NCBI GenBank assembly: GCA_020348445.1
Contig: CP070751.1
Location: 4,653,060 to 4,717,059 of the forward strand
Length of the DNA stretch: 64,000 nucleotides
Origin: Thermoplasmata archaeon
GTDB taxonomy: Archaea; Thermoplasmatota; Thermoplasmata; GCA-020350865
Direction: 5' to 3'
Shown: piece after piece, positions 49,918 to 59,627 of the stretch
Layout: each line of letters starts with the position of its first letter
Position numbering within the stretch: position 1 is the stretch's first letter
Translations under genes and position numbers: made by a program
Notes under the pieces: generated by a model
Told to the model about the DNA's origin: nothing
The model's database searches: none
What the model saw: the letters and a program-made list of their open reading frames with translations, nothing else

Positions 49918-52713
49918 TTATAGCGGCACTTCCCATGTTTTTTCGAATTTCGAGTGAACATAATAGCCAGATCCAGTCTTAAAATAATCCTCTTCGTTCA
50001 TCTTCTCCCACTTTTGTGAAGAGGCGTTGAAGGTCCAAATGGCATTTACATCATCTGTGAAATTGAGATTGTTCAGGCCATCTGTCCTGTTACGGTTTAA
50101 AATTGTGGGGTAGCCCACAAGGTTCCATCCTGGATAGAGTGTTATGGATTGTTGTGATGATATTTCTTCCCCGGTGATTATCAATGTGGTTCCACCGGGC
50201 TCTGTGATATGAATCCATAAACCCATTTTATGATCTATATCTTTTAAATCGTTTAGATGATCTGGCTTTTGTGTATGGTGATGTTTCCAGGGATCTTCAG
50301 TTTCAGAAGAATCGTACCACGAAACTGCATCGTACTTGCCAGAAATAGATGTTAAGACTGTATCCAATGAAGTATCGCTCTGAATCAGTGGAAGGGATAT
50401 AAGGTTCCAACCGAACTGCAAGGGGATTTCAAATGATGGGGGCAGGGGCTCGATTGTGATTTTAACAACAGATAGGTTGTTGCTATTTTGCTCATCTGTG
50501 TCCAATAATGTTGTGGAATATATCTTGTAGTCCCCGATCTCAGTGAAGGTGTAATCCCAGCTTAACTGTTGGGTTTGATCCTGACCCATAATGCCGGCGG
50601 TCTGTTTAATCACAGGTCCATACACTGTAGTTTCTTCCGGGAAATCGGCCGATATTAAAACATCATCTATAAACCAACCGTCATCAATAACTCCCTCATC
50701 TGATGTGAACCTGAACCTTACCCTAACATCATCGCGACCTATGAAATCTCCTAGTGGAATTACTGCCTTTTCAAAACTGGTGGGTCCATCTCCGTCGAAA
50801 CAGGCCATGTTTATCCATTTGACTCCATTGTATACATCGACACTGCCGTAATCATAAGATTCTTCGATTTTGTATTTGTGATAGAAGCTAAGGTTGGCAT
50901 CAGTGGCCCATTTAAGACTAAAAGATGGCGGGTGCAACAACTGTGCAGTTATATTGGAATACATGGAGCTAGAGCCGCACCACCAACTTCTTGTTGGGCT
51001 ATGTGAACTTGTTGTTACTATTTTCCAACTATCTGGCGATGATGAACCGTCCAGATCCACAACATCCCAGTTGGAAGCGCCGCCTTCCATATTATCCGAA
51101 AATATGGTCTGCCTTACAGGAGGGCCCAACTTTCTTATCTCCAGGGAGGTGTCGAACCCGAACAGGCCGTTGCGTCCGAAATTCTTTGCAGTGGATTTTA
51201 TCAAATAATTACCAAGGGGGTATTTTCCCCCATCCAAGAATGTGTCAATTGAGACCATCCCCACATCATTGAAATATGGTACATTAACAGTGAATATTAA
51301 CGAGGCTGTGACCGAGTTGTTGCCTTGGGAGGTGACGTTTGCCTTTATTATGTATTCACCACCGCTTTCTCCGCCTGGAACCGTTACACTGAGAGTCACT
51401 GAGTCAGAGGCTCCGCTGGAAAGGAACATTGTCTCAGAACTAAGGTCAATTGTCCAACCAGGAATCGCGGACGCTGATATATTATAAGTATCATCTAAAG
51501 CTCCATCATTTGTAATTGAAATCGTAAATTGCTTGGTCTCTGACTGATTGATCACCTGTGAGGCATACGGTGTGGATAAGGAGAAATGATAATCCATTGC
51601 CTGAAATGGATTGTCCGCGATTTTGCATAGATACAATGCGGCCTCGATATTATCCTCGCATACTGGGAGAACCTTGTCCTGCCGCGGATGAAAGAGATCG
51701 TATGGGATAGTTACAGCTGGATCACCCAATATAGCATCATTTATTACAGGATACAGCTCGAAGCAAAATGCATAGATGCCCATTTCTCCGTACAGCCAAT
51801 CATCGTCTGATCCGCTCGTCATGTATAAATCGCTACCTTCAATTGGTATATAACGGGATTGAGATGAGTTGGCCTTGTTGGTTATTAAATCCGACATTTT
51901 ATTTGCCACAGCCCAAAACAGGTCGTTATCTTTTGATTCATTGTATGTATATCCCCATGGATAAAGAATCAACTGGCCGTAGCTGTGATATGATATGGAA
52001 AAAACGAAGTTGTGCTGTTTTACAAAATCCCGGATTGCACGGGTCTCGTTCTCTGAGAAAGGTTCAGTGCCCCTGTAAACTTCTGATGATGTATCATCGC
52101 TTGCTCCTGCACCACCCCACATGTAATCGTAGTTCCTGTTCAGATCGACTCCATAATTGCCATCGCCGTTGTCCCTCCTGTTTTTCCGCCACCCGGCTTG
52201 TTGATGTTTATGATTAGAGGGATCGTCTTCGGGACTGTCGTATTGGCGGCCATCAGGATTCACACAGGGAACAACCCAGATTTGTCTGTTGTCCACTATG
52301 TTCGTGATGGTGGTGTTAGTTGCATAATTGTCTGTAAGATAGTTTAAGATGTACAAGCAGACCTCTATTGTCAGCCATTCCCTAGCATGGTGATTGCCAT
52401 TAAAGTAAATCTCAGGCTCGTCTTCTTCTGTGTCTGGATTGTCGGAGACCTTCATTGCCCAGATATCTCTTCCCTCGTAACTCTTTCCGATGCTCACCAA
52501 TTTCGTGATGCCTGGATGTTCGATTGAGATTTGAACAAGTTCTGCCACTGTTTCATTGAGGCTGTGATAAGAGGTCGTGCCCAGGGGTTGGGGGTCGTCT
52601 GCGGCTGCGATCTCCACAAAATCGATTCCAAGAATAGAGCTTCCCGGCATTACAAGAACGAAAATTGAGATTGTTAATGTCAGTACTCTCTGTAATTTAG
52701 TTACTGGTGCCAA
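49918..52713 (-). CDS. Secreted M14 zinc carboxypeptidase (carboxypeptidase T-like) with Ig-like and MAM/InhA-like domains and a GWNL C-terminal domain
   Basis: HHAREW (HxxE), WRKNRR, DLNRNY, SYHSY, FELYP, SWWCG...ESYDYG...DDGWFIDDV. Confidence 0.92.
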   Translation of the reverse strand: MAPVTKLQRVLTLTISIFVLVMPGSSILGIDFVEIAAADDPQPLGTTSYHSLNETVAELVQISIEHPGITKLVSIGKSYEGRDIWAMKVSDNPDTEEDEPEIYFNGNHHAREWLTIEVCLYILNYLTDNYATNTTITNIVDNRQIWVVPCVNPDGRQYDSPEDDPSNHKHQQAGWRKNRRDNGDGNYGVDLNRNYDYMWGGAGASDDTSSEVYRGTEPFSENETRAIRDFVKQHNFVFSISYHSYGQLILYPWGYTYNESKDNDLFWAVANKMSDLITNKANSSQSRYIPIEGSDLYMTSGSDDDWLYGEMGIYAFCFELYPVINDAILGDPAVTIPYDLFHPRQDKVLPVCEDNIEAALYLCKIADNPFQAMDYHFSLSTPYASQVINQSETKQFTISITNDGALDDTYNISASAIPGWTIDLSSETMFLSSGASDSVTLSVTVPGGESGGEYIIKANVTSQGNNSVTASLIFTVNVPYFNDVGMVSIDTFLDGGKYPLGNYLIKSTAKNFGRNGLFGFDTSLEIRKLGPPVRQTIFSDNMEGGASNWDVVDLDGSSSPDSWKIVTTSSHSPTRSWWCGSSSMYSNITAQLLHPPSFSLKWATDANLSFYHKYKIEESYDYGSVDVYNGVKWINMACFDGDGPTSFEKAVIPLGDFIGRDDVRVRFRFTSDEGVIDDGWFIDDVLISADFPEETTVYGPVIKQTAGIMGQDQTQQLSWDYTFTEIGDYKIYSTTLLDTDEQNSNNLSVVKITIEPLPPSFEIPLQFGWNLISLPLIQSDTSLDTVLTSISGKYDAVSWYDSSETEDPWKHHHTQKPDHLNDLKDIDHKMGLWIHITEPGGTTLIITGEEISSQQSITLYPGWNLVGYPTILNRNRTDGLNNLNFTDDVNAIWTFNASSQKWEKMNEEDYFKTGSGYYVHSKFEKTWEVPL

Positions 52714-52911
52714 AATTAGCCCCCTTTTTAAAGAACAATATATAGGCCAGGGTATTTATAATTTAAGACATGCAGCCCAACTCAGATTATTTCATTAATT
52801 TTTCATTTATTGATAAGAATTTCTTTTTAAGCTCTATCTAGTTAGAAAAACGAAAAGAAAAGGCAATAAGTATTTAATTCTGCAGATGAATATGGTAATT
52901 AAGGTGAATCG

Positions 52912-53142
52912 ATGCCAAAAAATCCCACCATTCCAAAGCGATTCTGGGAGGATGCACAATGGGTCAGGAATAACTATTCAGAGCTGTTAAGAAAATACCC
53001 TGATAGATGGATTGCCGTAGTGGGTAAAAAGGTTATATGTTCAGGGAAAAATCTAAGCAGAGTAAGAAGTATAGCAAAAAGGAAGACATCCCGATCGTTG
53101 ATCTACTCGACTTACATCGGATGCGGGCATCATGTCTACTAG
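52912..53142 (+). CDS. DUF5678-like small protein
   Basis: WVRNNYSELLRKYPDRWIAVVGKKVICSG. Overlaps the downstream protease start. Confidence 0.7.
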   Translation: MPKNPTIPKRFWEDAQWVRNNYSELLRKYPDRWIAVVGKKVICSGKNLSRVRSIAKRKTSRSLIYSTYIGCGHHVY

Positions 53143-53586
53143 AATAAAATTGCATTTTGTTGAGGCTGTTTTACAGGAACTCTCTAAGGAAGAGGAATAT
53201 GAACTAACCAGATTAATGGGTTGGGTAGTATTTAGGACTACAAACCATTGGTCTGAACCCATGGATGCAATTATCGATACTGGGGCTCATACATCAATTT
53301 TACCAAAAACAATCTGGAAAGGATTACAACAGAAATACAAGATTCATATGATATTCAAGGTATCTCTACTAGACCAGAATGTAAAATACCCTGCAAGGTT
53401 GGAACCGTAACCGCGAGGTTTATCGACGAAACAAATAATACTTCAGATGAAATAAAAATGCGAGCATTTTTAGCATTAACTGATGAAGTACCGTTAATAA
53501 TAGGATTCAAGGATGTTCTATCCAGATTTAAGGTTTGTTTTGATCATAAAAGAAATAATGCTTATCTTGAAGAGTTAAAGATTTGA
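53132..53586 (+). pseudogene. Frameshifted retropepsin-like aspartyl protease
   Basis: IIDTGAHTSILP in the first frame. Near 53329 the sequence shifts to a frame reading TEIQDSYDIQGISTRPECKIPCKVG...VPLIIGFKDVLSRFKVCFDHKRNNAYLEELKI*. Confidence 0.75.
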
Positions 53587-53696
53587 AAAAACATTGTACT
53601 CAACCGTATAAAGATATTACTCAATCTTATAGTGTGACATTTAACTCCTGTGTAATTTTATCACGTATTTATTAATCCTGATCTACCTGCAATTTA

Positions 53697-54143
53697 TCAT
53701 ATGAGTTTCCTTTTCTTGAGTTCATTTTCAATTAAATTGAAGAATTTCTCGGCGCTTGTTACTGCCTTTTTTGCCTCAAGCTGCGATATCAAACCCGAGG
53801 TATCATAAACCACCCTGTGTCGTTTTCTTCGCATTCTGTCCAAAATCACGATAATTTCCTTGGCTTTGCCACTTAAAACTGCCTCTGCGAACCTCACTGC
53901 TGAGATATGCTGAGCTTTTCCAAATGGACGATATCCCATTGAGAACATCAAAGCACGAGCACTCTGTAACATGGAATTATAGGCAATAGAGAAGGCCCAG
54001 TCAGGATTATCTTTGGATAATGATTTTGAAGTTCTTAAATCTCTTTTTGCTAAAGCCATACACTCTTTGACTCTTTTTTTATCGATGGGGATTTTTCCGA
54101 TCAATCCCTCTTTCTCCAGATCAGCAAGTTTCACTTCCTTCAC
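53697..54143 (-). CDS. HEPN-domain protein (toxin-like)
   Basis: AFSIAYNSMLQSARALM..GYRP...H, and RHRVVY (Rx4Y variant of the HEPN motif). Confidence 0.85.
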   Translation of the reverse strand: MKEVKLADLEKEGLIGKIPIDKKRVKECMALAKRDLRTSKSLSKDNPDWAFSIAYNSMLQSARALMFSMGYRPFGKAQHISAVRFAEAVLSGKAKEIIVILDRMRRKRHRVVYDTSGLISQLEAKKAVTSAEKFFNLIENELKKRKLI

Positions 54144-54693
54144 CTACTAGGAATATCCTTGGGCTTTCAAAGACATTTTTAATGAAAGGATCTTTTCTTT
54201 TAAGTCTTCTTTTAACTTCATCTTCACTGAATATTACATAGTTGATCTCTCTGGAAAGCTTTTTTTCTAGGGTATTTAGACCTTCTATAATTCCATTCTC
54301 ATCAACTTTTCCCACAATAAACAGATCGATATCGGAAAGTAATCTTTCTTTCCCTTCAGCCCATGAACCGTATATGAAAGCCAGTTCGATGTTCTTATCT
54401 TTTTCAAGTATCTGTTTCAGTTCGTTTGCGATTCCATCTGTCTTGATGAATATCATCTTCAATTCCTCATAGATTGGGAGTTTATTGTTAATTTGGAAAT
54501 ATCTTTGATTTCCCTTTCTCCGTGACAGCAGGATCCCAAGCTTTTTCAATTTATTCAGTTCTCTTCGGACAGAGTTAAAGTTCTCCTCAATCCTCCTCGC
54601 AATTTCTCGGACGTAGAACTCCTCGTCTGGATGCGAGAAAAATAAACTAAGGATTTTACTCCTAGTTCTGGAGCCCATAAGTTCCTCAAGCAT
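54121..54693 (-). CDS. wHTH-fused minimal nucleotidyltransferase (MNT antitoxin-like)
   Basis: N-terminal YVREIARRI HTH and YGSWAEG....SDIDLFIVG. Overlaps the HEPN gene by 23 nt. Confidence 0.88.
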   Translation of the reverse strand: MLEELMGSRTRSKILSLFFSHPDEEFYVREIARRIEENFNSVRRELNKLKKLGILLSRRKGNQRYFQINNKLPIYEELKMIFIKTDGIANELKQILEKDKNIELAFIYGSWAEGKERLLSDIDLFIVGKVDENGIIEGLNTLEKKLSREINYVIFSEDEVKRRLKRKDPFIKNVFESPRIFLVGEGSETC

Positions 54694-54736
54694 GAGTAAA
54701 TAATGTACTCAATCGTATAAATATTTTACTCAACTT

Positions 54737-56677
54737 TTATAGTGGGATATTCCAAACCTTTGTAACCCTGGAATGTATCCAATATCCTTTACCTATCTCG
54801 AAATAATCTGTGGCTTCATCGAGCTTAACCCATTTCTGGGTTGAGGCATTATAAGTCCAGATTGCATCAACATCACTCCCGAAATTCAAGGTATCCAAGG
54901 CGACAACTCGAGTTTTATTGGTTTTAGATGGGAATCCAACGAGATTCCATCCTGGATAGAGTGAAATATCTTGATTAGATGTCAGCTCATCTCCCATAAC
55001 TACTAATGTCGTACCCCCAGGATCCGTGACATGGACCCATAAACCCATCGTGTGATTGATATCATTCAAATCATTTAGATAGGAAGGTTTTGAGATATGA
55101 TGGTGTTTCCAGGGATCGTTGGTGTCTGTTATGTTATACCATTGGACGGCATCATATTGATTTTCGATGGATTGAAATACGGTCTTTAGATTTGGATCAG
55201 ATTGAGGCCTGGGTAATGAGATTAAATTCCAGCTTGTTTCCAGGTCTAAAAGAGTGCCTTTATGAAGAACGATATCTATAGTTTTGCTTTCGTCGATAAA
55301 AGGTTGGGCGTACCCTACTAAGGTATCGTTCCATGCTACTATTTTGTGTGGTGTATGGTAGGTTTTCTCACCTATATTATTTCCATCAGTATCTTGCTCT
55401 ATATATTCTGTAATAGTAAGCCATCTGATTTGGCCATTTGAATCTGTAATGAAAGTTTGGTCATAAGAGCCGTTCAGGTTGTCTTCAATTTTAACTTGGG
55501 CATATGAGACTGGATTCCCTAGGTAGTCTACGATGTTTAAGTGGAGATACCATTGGACAATTAATTTTGATGCGGAATCCTTGAATTTAGTTCTTGTTTT
55601 ATTGAAAATTGTATTTATTGTTTTAATGTAAGATCCGTCTTCAAGATGAAAATCTTCCCAATTTGAGTTCGATATCGAACAGTTTGTATAAATATCTCTT
55701 GATTTGGTTGAAAGAACACCATCTTTTCTATTATTCTCAATACGGTTATTTATTATTTTATTTTGAGATAGATGGAGAGCCCAAATACCATATTCATTGT
55801 TAGAGATAATATTGCCTTCAATAATATTATCTATACCAGCTAAAAATATACCTTCCCAATTGCAGCCAGTAATCTCGTTATTAGTTACATTATTATAATT
55901 TGATGGTCCGCAGAACTCAATACCCGCAGTATAACCATTTGAAATCTTGTTATTTGTAATGATGTTGTGTGATGTATACTCTAGTTCAAAACCCCCCTTT
56001 GTTATAATATTATCTTTGAAAAAGTTGTTCGATCCTTTTAAAAGCCATATAAGTCCGCTATTAGAAAGATCATTGGCAATGATGTTGTTCCAACTAGAAG
56101 AATCAAAATCAATAGGACCTTGGGATCCCGTAATTATATTATCAGTAATATCTATATTTGAAGATGCATAAAGATGGATACCATAGCATGAATCCTTTAT
56201 TATATTATTTGTTATTTGGATATTTAAAGAAGAATAAATATAAATACCATAGTCCCCCTCGATAATTGTGAGACCTTTTATATTCACCCAATCTGCATCA
56301 ATATAAATAACATGATCCAATAAATATCCATAAATAATCGTCGTATCTCTGTTTTGCCCAACTAGATTTATTGATTTTTTAATCACTACATTCTCCCAAT
56401 AATTTCCACTATAGACATAAACGGTATCCCCATTTTTAGCTGCATTCACTCCATCTTGAATGCTCGTGTAATCTGCCCCTCCACTGTCATCAACATAAAT
56501 CGTATCGCAACTAACATTAAGTACAATCTCAAAATGAAAATCAATGGCAGCAAATATGGCCAGAACTAGTAGAATAACAATGGATAAATTCGCTATCTTT
56601 ATCGATAACCTTTGTCGCAATTTGGTCCTCCTTAATTTTTCTATTATTAAATATAATATATATGCTTTGTCTATCAA
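54737..56677 (-). CDS. Parallel beta-helix (NosD/CASH) surface protein with a GWNL C-terminal domain
   Basis: IYVDDSGGADYTSIQDGV, NN-rich repeats, and a C-terminal WNLISLP...GWNLVGFP. Confidence 0.8.
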   Translation of the reverse strand: MIDKAYILYLIIEKLRRTKLRQRLSIKIANLSIVILLVLAIFAAIDFHFEIVLNVSCDTIYVDDSGGADYTSIQDGVNAAKNGDTVYVYSGNYWENVVIKKSINLVGQNRDTTIIYGYLLDHVIYIDADWVNIKGLTIIEGDYGIYIYSSLNIQITNNIIKDSCYGIHLYASSNIDITDNIITGSQGPIDFDSSSWNNIIANDLSNSGLIWLLKGSNNFFKDNIITKGGFELEYTSHNIITNNKISNGYTAGIEFCGPSNYNNVTNNEITGCNWEGIFLAGIDNIIEGNIISNNEYGIWALHLSQNKIINNRIENNRKDGVLSTKSRDIYTNCSISNSNWEDFHLEDGSYIKTINTIFNKTRTKFKDSASKLIVQWYLHLNIVDYLGNPVSYAQVKIEDNLNGSYDQTFITDSNGQIRWLTITEYIEQDTDGNNIGEKTYHTPHKIVAWNDTLVGYAQPFIDESKTIDIVLHKGTLLDLETSWNLISLPRPQSDPNLKTVFQSIENQYDAVQWYNITDTNDPWKHHHISKPSYLNDLNDINHTMGLWVHVTDPGGTTLVVMGDELTSNQDISLYPGWNLVGFPSKTNKTRVVALDTLNFGSDVDAIWTYNASTQKWVKLDEATDYFEIGKGYWIHSRVTKVWNIPL

Positions 56678-56821
56678 AATAACATTTTTCTATATTAAAA
56701 ATACAATTAATAATGAATACTTATGAGACCCGAGTTTCCTATCTTCGAGGTCGAGTGTTCTACTTCCGAGACTTATTTTACCTTCCTTTCCATTTGCTCA
56801 TAAATACTTTATTAAAAAATC

Positions 56822-57394
56822 CTAAGCCCGCCCATAACTTTCCCCAGAAACCACCCCTGATGCAATCAAATGCGCCACCCTAATTGGTTCAGGAAGAGCA
56901 CCTCTTATCGTGGATTGATCGATGATTCTTTTTACGTCCTCCAAGTCCATGCCAGTGAACTTGACAAAGATTGGTTTGTGCGCGGTCTTGATTTTAAAAA
57001 GCTCTCCCTTTTTTATTATGTCCAGTCTTTTTTGCCAATCTTCAAAATGCTCTTTTAGGGCCTTCTCCATGGCCTCGAAATTTGGCTCCTCCCGCGTTAT
57101 CGTGATCACTGGCAATCCGATTTTTTTATGAAGTTCATCAATATCAATAACATTAAAGCCGCCCAAGGCCACTCCGTCCAGCATCACGAGCTTCAACTGC
57201 TCCTTATATCGGGATGAGTTTATCATAGCCTCGAGCTTATCGCAGGCATCGCTTCCATCCACCTCAACCTCTGTTTTTAATACTGCCTCGATGTACGACG
57301 GTATCCTAGTTACCACTCCAATGACCGTTGTTTTTTTATCACCGAATTTGAATGGTGCGTCATCGATTCCAAGAACCCTGACCTGCGGCTTCAT
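56822..57394 (-). CDS. DUF99/UPF0215 (endonuclease V-like) protein
   Basis: RVLGIDDAPF, VDGSDA, MLDGVALGGFNV, LPEPIRVAHLIA. Confidence 0.88.
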   Translation of the reverse strand: MKPQVRVLGIDDAPFKFGDKKTTVIGVVTRIPSYIEAVLKTEVEVDGSDACDKLEAMINSSRYKEQLKLVMLDGVALGGFNVIDIDELHKKIGLPVITITREEPNFEAMEKALKEHFEDWQKRLDIIKKGELFKIKTAHKPIFVKFTGMDLEDVKRIIDQSTIRGALPEPIRVAHLIASGVVSGESYGRA

Positions 57395-57421
57395 ACATCC
57401 ACCTTTTTAGTCAAACAATCA

Positions 57422-57778
57422 TCATTTCAAAAGGGGGAGTTCCCCAGTAATGGGATCCACCAACTCATTTGGAGCAGGACCTATACCCAAACATGTAACA
57501 GTCTCAGGCGGAATTTCTGTTAGTCCAGCATCTGTTATAAGATAGGTTGGTAATTTCCTGGATTTAGCTACCCTTTCCAAATCGAGAAGCTCATCCAAAT
57601 CCTCCACCCTTACCACCACCTTCTTTCCCCCTTCGCTCTGCCATTTTTTGAACCAGTTGGTATATGATTTCTTTGCCTCAAAGGCACAGCCCACTGCAGC
57701 ATGGGATGCCTGGGCTGCTATCTTCCCGCATGAGAGGTCGAGGTCGTCCCTCACCGCTATTATCATCTTGTATTTCAT
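57422..57778 (-). CDS. pth2: Peptidyl-tRNA hydrolase 2
   Basis: ATG at 57778. GKIAAQASHAA, KKVVVRV, ITDAGLTEIPP.TVTCLGIGP. Confidence 0.95.
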   Translation of the reverse strand: MKYKMIIAVRDDLDLSCGKIAAQASHAAVGCAFEAKKSYTNWFKKWQSEGGKKVVVRVEDLDELLDLERVAKSRKLPTYLITDAGLTEIPPETVTCLGIGPAPNELVDPITGELPLLK

Positions 57779-57798
57779 GATGTTCACGAAAATCCATT

Positions 57799-58377
57799 TC
57801 AATAAAGCTGCCTTGCTCGAAGCTTCTCCAGCTCCTTGATCCTCTTGTCTATCTCAGAAAGACGCTTTTGGGCCTTGTGGCTCTTTTTTTGATAGTACTC
57901 CATCATATCCTTGGTCTGCACCCTTGATTTCCTCTCGAAAGCTTTTATGTCCCTTCTCAATTTGTAGCGCTCCTTTGTCAGCTTCTGGAACTCAAGTAAA
58001 GTCTTGTCCTCCAAAGGCCCTAGGTTGTACTCCACGATATCGGTCTGCGGTAAGGGGCGCTCCAACTTCGGATGCAGTTTACCAAGAAACTGATAAGCGC
58101 CACGATACCAACCCAGAATAAAGAACAGAAGCGACAACCCGCCCAAAGAAAGCCAGATATTCAATTCATTGAAACCCACCAACTGAGGACTGCCAAGGAC
58201 AAAGCCCACCAATACCGAGATAACGACGCTCATGACAGCCCCCATGACAGCCTGAAAGAATAGCCCCATCTCTGTATCGAGCTCCTCTGGCCTTGGGAAA
58301 AGCATGCGCATCAACGTAAAACCAGGCAGGAAAAAAATGAGGAGCAAACCAAAAGCTATTCGTATAAATTCCAACAT
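57799..58377 (-). CDS. DUF1616-like membrane protein with a basic coiled-coil tail
   Basis: RIAFGLLLIFFLPGF.L...LFP and three TMs. Confidence 0.7.
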   Translation of the reverse strand: MLEFIRIAFGLLLIFFLPGFTLMRMLFPRPEELDTEMGLFFQAVMGAVMSVVISVLVGFVLGSPQLVGFNELNIWLSLGGLSLLFFILGWYRGAYQFLGKLHPKLERPLPQTDIVEYNLGPLEDKTLLEFQKLTKERYKLRRDIKAFERKSRVQTKDMMEYYQKKSHKAQKRLSEIDKRIKELEKLRARQLY

Positions 58378-58591
58378 CGTTTATCCTCTTAGAGACGAGT
58401 AAATTATTGATATTTAAAGGTTTGGGCAAGGGAGCATGTAAATTATCGTCAATAGATTCCACCATGCTCAGATGATTTACATAAGAGGATTATTGTATGG
58501 TTACACTTATACAGATAAATGATCCTTCGCAGATAACTTTTAAAAGGTCTAGGAGATTACCCTATTTACTTTGAAGTGGGAGAGGATATGA

Positions 58592-59476
58592 ATGGTTGCA
58601 AATATAATTAGTGGTAAGGAGATTGCAAAATCCATACGTGAAGAAATAAAGGTAAAAGTGGATGAACTGAAGGAAAAGGGAATCACACCAGGTTTAGCAG
58701 TTGTTTTGGTAGGTGAGGACCCGGCATCTCAGGTTTACGTTAGAGCCAAGGGAAAGGCCTGTGATAAGCTAGGCATCTACTCAGAGACCACCACATTACC
58801 TGCAGAAACAGGTGAAGATGAACTGTTAAAGCTCATAGAAAAACTGAACGCTGACGAGAAGATCCACGGCATACTCGTACAGCTACCTTTGCCCAAACAT
58901 ATCAATGAGACCAAGGTACTCATGGCAATAGATCCAGATAAGGATGTGGACGGCTTCCATCCAGTAAACGTTGGAAGGATGCTAGTTGGAGATGAATGCT
59001 TCCTCCCATGTACGCCCCATGGAGTTCAGGAGCTGCTTATCCGCAGCGGCAACGACCCAGAGGGAAAGCACGTCGTGGTAGTAGGAAGAAGCAATATTGT
59101 TGGAAAACCTGTTGCTGGAATTCTAATGCAGAAGAAGGATGGAGCCAACGCCACAGTTACCATTGCCCACAGCAGGACAAAGAACTTAACCGAGCTTACC
59201 AAATGCGCTGACATCATTGTGGCTGCAATTGGAAAACCGGAATTCATCAAGGCCGACATGGTCAAAGAAGGTGTAGTAATAATAGATGTCGGAGTAAATC
59301 AGGTGGGTGAGACACCCGAGGGAAAACGTATCCTGAAAGGTGATGTTGACTTCGAGGGAGTAAAGGAGAAGGCCTCTGCAATAACCCCAGTGCCAGGTGG
59401 TGTCGGCCCAATGACAATAACAATGCTCATGCAGAATACTGTAAAGTCAGCCCAGCAAAAACTGGGTGGTGCCTGA
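58592..59476 (+). CDS. folD: Bifunctional methylene-THF dehydrogenase/cyclohydrolase
   Basis: GILVQLPLP, KDVDGFHP, PCTP, GRSNIVGKP, TPVPGGVGPMT. Confidence 0.97.
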   Translation: MVANIISGKEIAKSIREEIKVKVDELKEKGITPGLAVVLVGEDPASQVYVRAKGKACDKLGIYSETTTLPAETGEDELLKLIEKLNADEKIHGILVQLPLPKHINETKVLMAIDPDKDVDGFHPVNVGRMLVGDECFLPCTPHGVQELLIRSGNDPEGKHVVVVGRSNIVGKPVAGILMQKKDGANATVTIAHSRTKNLTELTKCADIIVAAIGKPEFIKADMVKEGVVIIDVGVNQVGETPEGKRILKGDVDFEGVKEKASAITPVPGGVGPMTITMLMQNTVKSAQQKLGGA

Positions 59477-59627
59477 TACAAGATGATACAAGATATTTCT
59501 AAAGGCCAGGCAAAAATACAGATTCTCAATTGGGGGCAGTTGTCAAGAATAATTCACGGCAGCTAATTTGTAATTTCAAAAGAAGGGGGGCAATCCAAAA
59601 TCGCCATTTCCTAAGAAAGGTGAAACA

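Noticed and set aside
56723-56772. Imperfect 21-bp direct repeat (cgagtttcctatcttcgag / cgagtgttctacttccgag)
   Set aside because: Only two degenerate copies, with no terminal inverted repeats or target duplication. Too weak to call a MITE or an operator.
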